A DNA stretch of 64,000 nucleotides, from the IMG/VR virus record IMGVR_UViG_3300045988_149624; one strand, 5' to 3'. The position numbers and the translations under genes were made by a program. This DNA is from a virus. Below, piece by piece: positions 56,766-64,000 of the stretch (position 1 is its first letter; every line of letters starts with the position of its first letter). The notes under the pieces are model-generated. The model was given only the letters and a program-made list of their open reading frames with translations. It did not search any database and had not been told where the DNA came from.

Positions 56766-57149
56766 CTACTCCATTTCTCTATATTTTAGCTCATCTAAAG
56801 TGTGTATCTTTCCGTTATTAAATCTACATACAGAACATCCCATTTCATCAGCAGCATTATAACATTGAACGTCCCAACATCGGATTCCATGTTTCTTTAT
56901 TTCGCTTAAAGGTAATTCTGATGCACCCCAATAATTCCCCCATAAATTTACTTCTATTAATCTCTGATTACATTCTATAATATCTAATTTTTCTTCTTTT
57001 ACTTTATGAAAAATAACGGGGCAAATATGACAATCTATATCATATGTGGAACATAAAATATCATCACAATTTACATAATTTTCTTGTTGTCTATATTTTT
57101 TAGGTAATATTGGAATGAACATTTCACCTATTCTAACTTTCTCACTCAC
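56766..57149 (-). CDS. Cys-rich protein, tandem paralog 1
   Basis: GTG start 6 nt after AAGGAGAG. Aligns with 57253..57633 (IPI(L/V)PKKY, DILC, IDC..CP, EMxC..C(R/K)FN). Confidence 0.6.
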   Translation of the reverse strand: MSEKVRIGEMFIPILPKKYRQQENYVNCDDILCSTYDIDCHICPVIFHKVKEEKLDIIECNQRLIEVNLWGNYWGASELPLSEIKKHGIRCWDVQCYNAADEMGCSVCRFNNGKIHTLDELKYREME

Positions 57150-57174
57150 ATTAATCTCTCCTTTCTATATATTA

Positions 57175-57203
57175 ATTATATCATATTTTAACAATGTTGT
57201 CAA
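57175..57203 (-). promoter_or_regulatory. Conserved early promoter P8
   Basis: TTGACA, 17 nt spacer, TATAAT on the minus strand. Confidence 0.75.
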
Positions 57204-57252
57204 GTATTTTTTTAATTTTTATTATTTCCATTTTCTAGGCATTTTAATCTCG

Positions 57253-57633
57253 TTAATCTATTTCTCTCCAAATTATTTTTTCTAAAAAATAAGTTCTATC
57301 ATCATTAAATTTACAACGTTCACAATCCATTTCTTTTTTCATGGAGCAACATTGTATATCACAACAATTTATTCCATTTTCTACTATATCTTTTAAAGTT
57401 TTATTTGTCATGCTCCAAAATCCCTCACACAATCTTATTTCTACCAATTTTCCATTAGTCTCAATAATACTCATATCGTCATCATGGATTTCCCCAAAAT
57501 CCATAGGACAGTCTCCACAATCTATGTGAAAACCTTCGCATAAAATATCCTCGCAGCATATAAATCCTTTTTTAAATTGATATTTCTTCGGTACTATAGG
57601 TATTAATTTTCCATTTATTTCAATCTTTCTCAT
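57253..57633 (-). CDS. Cys-rich protein, tandem paralog 2
   Basis: AAGGAGA RBS. 12 Cys in 126 aa. Confidence 0.6.
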   Translation of the reverse strand: MRKIEINGKLIPIVPKKYQFKKGFICCEDILCEGFHIDCGDCPMDFGEIHDDDMSIIETNGKLVEIRLCEGFWSMTNKTLKDIVENGINCCDIQCCSMKKEMDCERCKFNDDRTYFLEKIIWREID

Positions 57634-57659
57634 ATTATTTTCTCCTTTCTTATGTGTTA

Positions 57660-57688
57660 ATTATATCATATTTTAACATTATTGTCAA
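57660..57688 (-). promoter_or_regulatory. Conserved early promoter P9
   Basis: TTGACA, 17 nt spacer, TATAAT on the minus strand. Confidence 0.75.
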
Positions 57689-57828
57689 CTATTATTTAAA
57701 AATATTGTATCAATTATATCAATAAGCGATATAATCATTAATGTTGTAGCAATATCAATATAGTTCCATTTTATATATAGAATAGCTATAATCATTAATA
57801 TTAAATCTTTCCTAATTTCTTTAAACAT
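57685..57828 (-). CDS. Small hydrophobic protein, 47 aa (not in the ORF track)
   Basis: AAGGAGA sits 5 nt before the ATG. MFKEIRKDLILMIIAILYIKWNYIDIATTLMIISLIDIIDTIFLNNS. The stop TGA lies inside the -35 box of P9. Confidence 0.45.
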   Translation of the reverse strand: MFKEIRKDLILMIIAILYIKWNYIDIATTLMIISLIDIIDTIFLNNS

Positions 57829-57842
57829 ATTTTCTCCTTATT

Positions 57843-57869
57843 AAAAAGGGTAGATATTTCTACCTACCC
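57843..57869 (-). terminator. Rho-independent terminator after erf
   Basis: Minus-strand GGGTAG-10 nt-CTACCC followed by TTTTT. Confidence 0.6.
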
Positions 57870-57877
57870 AATTTATA

Positions 57878-58462
57878 TTATAAACTTCTTCTTGATGATT
57901 TTGGTTTAGTAACAGGTTTTGTTTCCTCTTCCTCTATTATTAAATCACTCGCATCGGTATCATCTTCTGAGAAACTTAATCCTAATAATGAAGTTATTTG
58001 ATATCTTTTTAAATATGTCATTAGAGAACCATAACCCTGTGCTTCTAATTTAGGGGGTATTAAAGATATTGAATTACTCTCTATAAATTGCCCTGTTTCA
58101 ACATGAATTAATCTAGTTTTAATACATATAGAGTTTTCTTTTGTTCCACTTATAGGAAGTTGTATTAAAATTAATCCTTGGTCATTTAAAATAGGTCTAG
58201 TTACATTTAATATTTGAGATAAACTAGCGTAACTAGATTCGTGAAATGGATTCTCTGCATCCTTTTCTACTGTTGTAAAATGCTTATGAAATCCTGCCAA
58301 AGCCTTGTATAGCTCTGTAGTATTATCGCTAGAATAAAACTGAACATCTGAATTACCTATTTGTTTATTAACATTAAATTTACATTTACACTCCATATTT
58401 GCCTCCTTTAAAGAGTGAGGAATTTCCTCACCTAATATTTTTTCATTAATTACATTTTCCAT
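57878..58462 (-). CDS. erf: ERF-family single-strand annealing protein
   Basis: NPFHESSYASLSQILNVTRPILNDQGL..IQLP...GSLMTYLKRYQITSLLGL matches the ERF pattern. Confidence 0.7.
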   Translation of the reverse strand: MENVINEKILGEEIPHSLKEANMECKCKFNVNKQIGNSDVQFYSSDNTTELYKALAGFHKHFTTVEKDAENPFHESSYASLSQILNVTRPILNDQGLILIQLPISGTKENSICIKTRLIHVETGQFIESNSISLIPPKLEAQGYGSLMTYLKRYQITSLLGLSFSEDDTDASDLIIEEEETKPVTKPKSSRRSL

Positions 58463-58483
58463 AATTATCTAACTCCCTTCAAA

Positions 58484-59488
58484 TTAAAATGGCACTTCGT
58501 CTTCGGCTACTTCTACTTCTTCACCTTCTACTTCTTCACCTTTTTCTTTTTTAATATCATCTACTTTTTCTTGAAGTCTTTCAATTCTTTCGTCTATTGC
58601 TTGATGCATTAATTCTATATAATGAGAAGTGAATGGGAAGTCCTCTTGACTAGGAACAGTATAGCAAAATTCTTCTTCTTCTCCTTCTTCAAGGTCGTCA
58701 TATACTGGTTTTATATATTCATCATTGTCGTCTAAAGTCATAATTGGAGCAGAACAATTAGTTAATTCAAAATAAGTTTCAATCTGAACCCTATTTTTAA
58801 CAGATTTACCTATACCTCTGCTTTTCTTAGCTTTAGCTACAGATTTAATAAAATCAAATTCTATATAAAGTATGTCTCCTACTTTAAGTTCTTCTTTAAT
58901 ATATTCGGCATATTCTTCATTATGAGTTCTTATTTTCATTATAAATCCATTTACTTTATCCTCTTTTTCTTCCTCGTTATAATAAGCATAATTATTAACT
59001 AATACACTTAGTTCTAAAGCATTACCATCAATATCAGTCACATCTTCATAACCTTCAAGCATACAATAAATCATACCTTTAGAACCTTTAGTAATAGGGA
59101 ATTTGCTATCTTCTTGAGTGGTACAGAATACTCCTCCTACTCTAGTTCCTCTGTCAACAAACTCTCCTTCTTTGGTAACATATTTATTTTCGTCAAATCT
59201 TACTAAACAGTTAACTATTTCGCCTTCTCCGTCATCTTCAACTGTCCTACACTCTGAATAGAGTTTTTTCATTTTAGCATATGTTTTATTTGTATTTCCA
59301 TTACCAGAGTATTTTCTAATAAAGAAATCAACATCAGTTGACTTTCCTTCTTCTGTTTCAACCTCCATAACAAATCTAATAGCTTCATCTTTTTTACCTT
59401 TATTAGTTATTGCTCCGTTTTTAATTGCTAAAACTTCACCATTTACATATCCTTCGGAATATCTCACTCTTTTCTCTTTATCTGCCAT
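58484..59488 (-). CDS. Atypical SSB-like protein (acidic C-terminal tail ending EDEVPF)
   Basis: C-terminal ...EEVEVAEDEVPF resembles the SSB D-D-D-I-P-F tip. Operon partner of Erf. Confidence 0.5.
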   Translation of the reverse strand: MADKEKRVRYSEGYVNGEVLAIKNGAITNKGKKDEAIRFVMEVETEEGKSTDVDFFIRKYSGNGNTNKTYAKMKKLYSECRTVEDDGEGEIVNCLVRFDENKYVTKEGEFVDRGTRVGGVFCTTQEDSKFPITKGSKGMIYCMLEGYEDVTDIDGNALELSVLVNNYAYYNEEEKEDKVNGFIMKIRTHNEEYAEYIKEELKVGDILYIEFDFIKSVAKAKKSRGIGKSVKNRVQIETYFELTNCSAPIMTLDDNDEYIKPVYDDLEEGEEEEFCYTVPSQEDFPFTSHYIELMHQAIDERIERLQEKVDDIKKEKGEEVEGEEVEVAEDEVPF

Positions 59489-59519
59489 ATTATCATTCTC
59501 CTTTCATATTTACATCTTA

Positions 59520-59548
59520 ATTATATCATATTTTAATAATGTTGTCAA
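59520..59548 (-). promoter_or_regulatory. Conserved early promoter P10
   Basis: TTGACA, 17 nt spacer, TATAAT on the minus strand. Confidence 0.75.
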
Positions 59549-59551
59549 GTA

Positions 59552-59962
59552 CTATTCACAAGATTTTTCAATTTCTTTTTCTATTATCTTTTTAGCCATT
59601 CTTAATTTACAAAGTCTATACCCTTTATTAACATCAAAAGTGTCACTAGGGTGGACTTTTGAGGACACCTTACCATAAGTAGGAGACTCCATCACCACCA
59701 TTTCTCTGTTATATCTCCACTTAACAGGGACTTTTTTATTAGCTATATTAATTACGTCTGTTTTCCAATCTGTCCAAGCTATCTTAAACAGTTTATCTAC
59801 CATATCTCTATCTACCAACATAAGTTCTACAGAATTCTCTTTTTTTAAAGTTAATTCATACCCACAACAATGATTAAACGTTTCTACCATTTTGAAATCA
59901 TGTAATACATATGTTTCTTTAGTAATAACATTCACTAATTTGTCTCCACACTTAAATTTCAT
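59552..59962 (-). CDS. Hypothetical protein
   Basis: AAGGAGA RBS. Confidence 0.55.
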   Translation of the reverse strand: MKFKCGDKLVNVITKETYVLHDFKMVETFNHCCGYELTLKKENSVELMLVDRDMVDKLFKIAWTDWKTDVINIANKKVPVKWRYNREMVVMESPTYGKVSSKVHPSDTFDVNKGYRLCKLRMAKKIIEKEIEKSCE

Positions 59963-60002
59963 ATTAATTCTCCTTATCTTTTATTTTTTTTATATACAAA
60001 TA

Positions 60003-60134
60003 TTATTCTTCATAAGAAAATTCCCAACATATATCAAAAAAATCTGTTTCTTCATTCCATTTTAAACAATAATATTCATATCCTTTATAATTTCTTCTAC
60101 AATAATCACAATTTGCACAATAGTGTTCTCTCAT
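60003..60134 (-). CDS. Cys-rich micro-protein, 43 aa (not in the ORF track)
   Basis: MREHYCANCDYCRRNYKGYEYYCLKWNEE.. First ORF after promoter P11. Weak RBS. Confidence 0.4.
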   Translation of the reverse strand: MREHYCANCDYCRRNYKGYEYYCLKWNEETDFFDICWEFSYEE

Positions 60135-60167
60135 TTTATCAGCTCTCTTCTCGTTTTCTATACTTAT

Positions 60168-60196
60168 ATTATACCGTATTTTAATAATGTTGTCAA
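60168..60196 (-). promoter_or_regulatory. Conserved early promoter P11
   Basis: TTGACA, 17 nt spacer, TATAAT on the minus strand. Confidence 0.75.
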
Positions 60197-60198
60197 CC

Positions 60199-61347
60199 CT
60201 ATTTAAATAAGTTTTTAAAAATATTTTCTAACACTGGAACGGCAATACTATTACCTATTTGTTTATATAATTGAGTATCAGAAGTTGGTACATTTTTAGC
60301 TTTATAAAAATCATCATCACTAAATCCCATCAATCTCCAACATTCAAGTGGAGTTAATCTCCTAATTTTAAAGTTAGTAACAACTTCCCCATCTATTACT
60401 AACGGTTGTCTCCAACCTCCTTGCATAGTGTCTAAAGTAGGAGATATAAATTCTTTATCATAAATGCTTCCTGCTTGATGTCTTCTGCCTTCTTCATCAA
60501 ATACTCCACCTAATCTAACTGGAAGAACTTCTATAATCTGTTTAGGTTGCTTATAGTCTCTCGCAGAAAGAGTTGAGATACATTTATTGGGATTATATAC
60601 CCAAGCAGAGGTACAATTACGATATTTAACATTACCATTTTCATCACATGGATGTGGAGCAGTTGTCCCTAAAACCTCTAAACATTCATTATTTAATCTA
60701 TCTTGAGGGAATTTAAAAAATCTGTCTTGCATTTCTTGAGATAAATAATATTTGTCTTCAACTGAATCTTCTAATATATCTTTAAGTTTTAATTTTAACG
60801 GAAATCCTTGAGGAAATTCAAAGGTATGCTTATCATCTAATATGCTAATAACATAAATACGTTCTCTGTTTTGAGGCAAACCAAAATCTTTCGCATTTAA
60901 TATTTTATAATAAGAAATATATCCAACTTCTTTTAAATCTTCTATATACTGATTAAAATTATGTATATGTTTTTTACTCATTACGTTTTTAACATTTTCC
61001 CAAATAACATATTTGGGCTTAACTTTTTTAATTATATCTACACTGTACCACATAAGACTACTTCTAGTGCCACTTCCTTTATCTCCACCTTTGCCCTTCC
61101 CCGAAACAGAGTAGTCCTGACATGGGCTTCCTGATACGATAATATCAATATTTTTAGGTAATAACTTTACATCTATTGAACTTACATCGCCCAAATTTAA
61201 ACTTTCATCTACTCCATGTATCGCACAGTAACTTTTAATCGCAAATTTATCTATCTCACTAAATCCAACTAAATCATAATCCACATTAGCATTTTTAAGT
61301 GCTTTTTCAAATGCACCTATACCACTAAAAAGACTAAGTAATTTCAT
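60199..61347 (-). CDS. dcm: DNA cytosine-5 methyltransferase
   Basis: Start at the ATG after AAGGAG. LFSGIGAFE (motif I), GSPCQDYS (IV), WENV (VI), QIGNSIAVPV (X). Confidence 0.85.
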   Translation of the reverse strand: MKLLSLFSGIGAFEKALKNANVDYDLVGFSEIDKFAIKSYCAIHGVDESLNLGDVSSIDVKLLPKNIDIIVSGSPCQDYSVSGKGKGGDKGSGTRSSLMWYSVDIIKKVKPKYVIWENVKNVMSKKHIHNFNQYIEDLKEVGYISYYKILNAKDFGLPQNRERIYVISILDDKHTFEFPQGFPLKLKLKDILEDSVEDKYYLSQEMQDRFFKFPQDRLNNECLEVLGTTAPHPCDENGNVKYRNCTSAWVYNPNKCISTLSARDYKQPKQIIEVLPVRLGGVFDEEGRRHQAGSIYDKEFISPTLDTMQGGWRQPLVIDGEVVTNFKIRRLTPLECWRLMGFSDDDFYKAKNVPTSDTQLYKQIGNSIAVPVLENIFKNLFK

Positions 61348-61348
61348 A

Positions 61349-61377
61349 GCATCACTCCTTTTTAATAATGTTGTCAA
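61349..61377 (-). promoter_or_regulatory. Truncated copy of the early promoter (-35 box and half the spacer only)
   Basis: TTGACAACATTATTAAAAA is followed directly by GGAGTGATGCTATG (the dcm RBS and start). No -10 box. Confidence 0.4.
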
Positions 61378-61407
61378 GGGGAGTTATCCCCTCAACAAAA
61401 CCTATCC

Positions 61408-61560
61408 TTAATATAATTCTAACCTTGTAATATTCATGATATTTTCACTACTCTGATACAAGTTAGTGTTAAATATTATATCATCTACGGAATAAGCAAC
61501 AACTATTTGTGTTGAATAATCACTATAAACTATCAACCATTTAAATCTACTAGAACTCAT
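61408..61560 (-). CDS. Possible small ORF, 50 aa (not in the ORF track)
   Basis: GGAAGGAAGG upstream of the ATG. Coding status uncertain. Confidence 0.3.
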   Translation of the reverse strand: MSSSRFKWLIVYSDYSTQIVVAYSVDDIIFNTNLYQSSENIMNITRLELY

Positions 61561-61579
61561 ATTTTATACCTTCCTTCCT

Positions 61580-62089
61580 TTATCTTTTATAATAAATTAC
61601 ATAGCAAGTTCTTTTCTTCACACCCATTCGGTTAACTCTTTTCTTATATTGTCTACTAGACTCACCTTTAATTCTAGGAACATATACATCTAATTTATAA
61701 GGAGTGTTTAATCCTCGTCCTCCCCTGTCAGCCACTTTTTTCATACCGTAACCTTCGATATATATGTTTCTTCCTAACGCCCAATAATTATTTGCTATTG
61801 TCTTACTATTTAGTTTCCCTAAAGAGCCATAACCTGCATAACCACCATTTTCACTAGCTAAAGAAGTATAGTGGTATATTTTGCAAGTTATCTTTTTAAC
61901 TTTTCTAACTTTTCTTCCTGTTTTTTTAGTCCAATATCGTGTGCTTGTTTTTGAATAAGCATCTACATAACTACTGTCCGTGGGGCAATAAAAAGTACTT
62001 CCAAGCACTACTCCTACTGCTAATCCTACTGCTAATATTTTCTTTTTAATTCTTCTCATTCTATCACCTCTATTTAAAATTCTTCTCAT
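61580..62089 (-). CDS. Secreted 3D-domain (MltA/RlpA-like) protein
   Basis: Signal-like KKKILAVGLAVGVVLGS. ASENGGYAGYG..IANNYWALGRNIYIEGYGMKKVADRGG..LDVYV. Two equivalent starts (62089 and 62059) arise from a 30-bp duplication. Confidence 0.65.
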   Translation of the reverse strand: MRRILNRGDRMRRIKKKILAVGLAVGVVLGSTFYCPTDSSYVDAYSKTSTRYWTKKTGRKVRKVKKITCKIYHYTSLASENGGYAGYGSLGKLNSKTIANNYWALGRNIYIEGYGMKKVADRGGRGLNTPYKLDVYVPRIKGESSRQYKKRVNRMGVKKRTCYVIYYKR

Positions 62090-62101
62090 CTAATCACCTC
62101 T
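62048..62101 (-). repeat. 30-bp tandem duplication of the RBS and first codons, abutting the TnpB element end
   Basis: + strand AATTCTTCTCATTCTATCACCTCT (62048-62071) and AATTCTTCTCATCTAATCACCTCT (62078-62101). Confidence 0.85.
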
Positions 62102-62280
62102 TTGAACCTCTCACAGCTTTAGCCATGAGATTCTTGGGAATTCCTTTCTACTGAAAAGATATTTACCAAGCTATCCCGATAATTCCTACCGTTCTTTTTT
62201 TATATTCGTTATTCGTCTATTCTATTTCTAATATTCTTAATCCTTCTTTTAATATATTCTTACTTGCATTTATATCTCTA
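62101..62280 (-). ncRNA. Candidate TnpB omega (right-end) RNA scaffold; extent approximate
   Basis: Structured non-coding tail after the tnpB stop: CUUGG...CCAAG pairing, GGAAUUCC, hairpin CUCAUGGCU-AA-AGCUGUGAG. It ends ...GGTTCAA just before the duplicated flank. Confidence 0.4.
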
Positions 62281-63320
62281 TCGTGATGAGCGTGACAACA
62301 AGGACAGTCCCATTCTCTTACTGAAAGATTTTTCGTGTCCTTATTCACATAACCACACACATTACAAGTTTGAGAACTTGCATAGAATTTATCTACTTTA
62401 ATAACTTGTCTACCATACCAATTTGCTTTATACTCAAGTTGTCTTACAAATTCTGACCATGATACATCTGTGATAGACTGTGCAAGTTTATGATTCTTAA
62501 TCATGTTCTTTACTTGTAAATCCTCTAAGCAGACAACATCATTGTTTCTAATTATTTCAGTAGATAATTTCTGTAAAAAGTCTTTTCTCTGATTTGCAAT
62601 ATGTTCATGAAGTCTTGCGGCCTTTATTCTTGTTTTATTACGATTTGAACTACCTTTTGATTTTCGAGATAATTCTCTTTGTAATTTTACAAGTTTATCC
62701 AATGACTTCTTTAAGTATTTTGGATTTTGAATTATTTCGCCATCAGATGTAATACAAAATTCTTTAATTCCTAAGTCAATTCCAACTGTATTATTAGTCT
62801 TTTCAAATGGTTCAATATCCACCTCAGTACAGCAAAGCGACACAAAATATTTTCCACTTGGTTCTTGTGATACTGTTGCATTAAGAATCCTACCTTGTGG
62901 TATTAACTTGTTTTTTGTCTTTACCATTCCAAGTTTAGGCAACTTGATGTATTTATCACAATATTGGATGTTTCCATTCACACATTTTGACTTGTAAGAA
63001 AATTTATATGTTTTCTTTGACTTAAATTTAGGATAACCAGAATGTTCTTTGAAGAATTTCTGATAAGCCATATCTAAATCTCTAAGCGAAGATTGAAGAG
63101 CAGTAGAATCGACTTCTTTTAACCATTCCAGTTCTGATTTTAATTTTTTCATATCGTTTGCACATTGAACATATGAAAATGTTTCTTTATTTTGTTCATA
63201 CATTTTAATTCGCTTTGCAAGATATTTATTATACACAAATCGGCAACACCCAAAAGTCTTAGAAATTATTTCTTGTTGTTTTTTATTTGGATAAATGCGA
63301 TATTTATAAGCCTTTTCCAC
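62217..63320 (-). CDS. tnpB: IS200/IS605-family TnpB (OrfB) RNA-guided nuclease
   Basis: GTG start after [19 protein letters not shown]-terminus. RuvC residues in [18 protein letters not shown] and HDRDINAS. Zn finger CNVCG...CPCC. Confidence 0.85.
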   Translation of the reverse strand: MEKAYKYRIYPNKKQQEIISKTFGCCRFVYNKYLAKRIKMYEQNKETFSYVQCANDMKKLKSELEWLKEVDSTALQSSLRDLDMAYQKFFKEHSGYPKFKSKKTYKFSYKSKCVNGNIQYCDKYIKLPKLGMVKTKNKLIPQGRILNATVSQEPSGKYFVSLCCTEVDIEPFEKTNNTVGIDLGIKEFCITSDGEIIQNPKYLKKSLDKLVKLQRELSRKSKGSSNRNKTRIKAARLHEHIANQRKDFLQKLSTEIIRNNDVVCLEDLQVKNMIKNHKLAQSITDVSWSEFVRQLEYKANWYGRQVIKVDKFYASSQTCNVCGYVNKDTKNLSVREWDCPCCHAHHDRDINASKNILKEGLRILEIE

Positions 63321-63374
63321 TACTTGTCACCTCTATAAAAATATTTTCCCACCCACCAATCCCATAAATCTTAT

Positions 63375-63932
63375 CTATCTTTTTACATTTCTTAGCTCAT
63401 TAATTATATCATCAAAGAAATCATCTATTCCTGTTTCTGAGACTCTAATTACACCAAAAGGAGTTACAAAACGTTGCATATCTTTTTTATTAGATTTTTT
63501 AGATTTACCAACGAGTCTAACACTATTTTCTGTATGATTACAAATCAATTCTTTCCCATCAGTCATTAATATAACTCCACTTTTAGGTTCGAATAATACA
63601 AATTTTGCCTTTTTCCATGTATCATTGCCTACAGAAAATTCAACATCTGTTCCTAATTCTACTTTACTCCAGTCGGTCTTGCTTTCTTCTTTTTCTCTGT
63701 CCCATACTAATTTCCCAACTTCGTTAAATACTTTCATTATATCTTTTTTGTTATCAAGTTTATGATTCATCTTTTTATCATATTCATTTTTAAAGGCTTT
63801 AAAGTATATATCTTTACCTTCTTTTAAAGGCTCTCTTATTGCCATTATATCTCCATTAAATATAAAGCATTTTTCATTTGCCTCTTCTTCTCTTAATACC
63901 ACTCTAAAATTTCTTCCATAAGTTTCTATCAT
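63375..63932 (-). CDS. Hypothetical protein, paralog of 52016..52612
   Basis: AGGTGA RBS after promoter P12. Shared KL(I/V)W.RE...DWSK(I/V) segment. Confidence 0.6.
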   Translation of the reverse strand: MIETYGRNFRVVLREEEANEKCFIFNGDIMAIREPLKEGKDIYFKAFKNEYDKKMNHKLDNKKDIMKVFNEVGKLVWDREKEESKTDWSKVELGTDVEFSVGNDTWKKAKFVLFEPKSGVILMTDGKELICNHTENSVRLVGKSKKSNKKDMQRFVTPFGVIRVSETGIDDFFDDIINELRNVKR

Positions 63933-63965
63933 ACTATCACCTATCCCTTTCTTTATTATACTTAT

Positions 63966-63994
63966 ATTATATCATAAACTCATATTGTTGTCAA
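63966..63994 (-). promoter_or_regulatory. Conserved early promoter P12
   Basis: TTGACA, 17 nt spacer, TATAAT on the minus strand. Downstream leader CTTTATTATACTTATATTATATCA is identical to that of P7. Confidence 0.75.
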
Positions 63995-64000
63995 GTGTTT

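Larger units (their letters stand above)
62101..63374 (-). mobile_element. Solo TnpB (IS1341-like, no TnpA) element; ends approximate
   Basis: tnpB with only ~54 nt upstream and ~115 nt downstream of non-coding sequence. No Y1 transposase ORF nearby. Confidence 0.55.

Noticed and set aside
1-64000. tRNA, rRNA, tmRNA, an integrase/attP, or recoded stop codons
   Set aside because: I saw no cloverleaf-like GTTCGAATC-type T-arm sequences in the intergenic regions. There is no tyrosine or serine recombinase motif. All long ORFs read through with the standard code.

Overview
AT-rich (Clostridium-like Firmicute) tailed-phage or phage-plasmid DNA in three blocks. (1) 1-28.7 kb, + strand: late tail, baseplate and receptor-binding genes. 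These include a multidomain tail lysin, a lamin-tail/metallophosphoesterase tail protein split by a ~1.5 kb group I intron carrying a homing-endonuclease ORF, a 2068-aa CotH/LamG/LRR fibre, and an amidase endolysin plus two holin candidates interleaved with six genes that share one ~75-aa N-terminal module. (2) 28.7-34.3 kb, + strand: an accessory island driven by consensus sigma-A-type promoters. It holds a micro-ORF unit, an actin-like ParM/ParR partition pair, an RHH protein, a VirB2-like/small membrane protein/VirB4-like ATPase triad, and an ORF-less promoter-terminator unit (sRNA candidate). (3) 34.3-64 kb, - strand: the early replication and nucleotide-metabolism module. It encodes dUTPase, kinases, RecU, NrdD/NrdG, Dam, an MBL/beta-CASP nuclease, Pol III alpha, a 5' nucleotidase, a RecJ-like protein, primase, DnaB, Erf, an SSB-like protein and Dcm, plus many small Cys-rich proteins. 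This block is split into about 12 short operons by a highly conserved ~40-70 bp promoter/leader/RBS cassette. It also carries a solo IS605-family TnpB with a candidate omega-RNA region. I recognised no rRNA, tRNA, CRISPR array or integrase. All calls come from reading motifs by eye; no database search was run.
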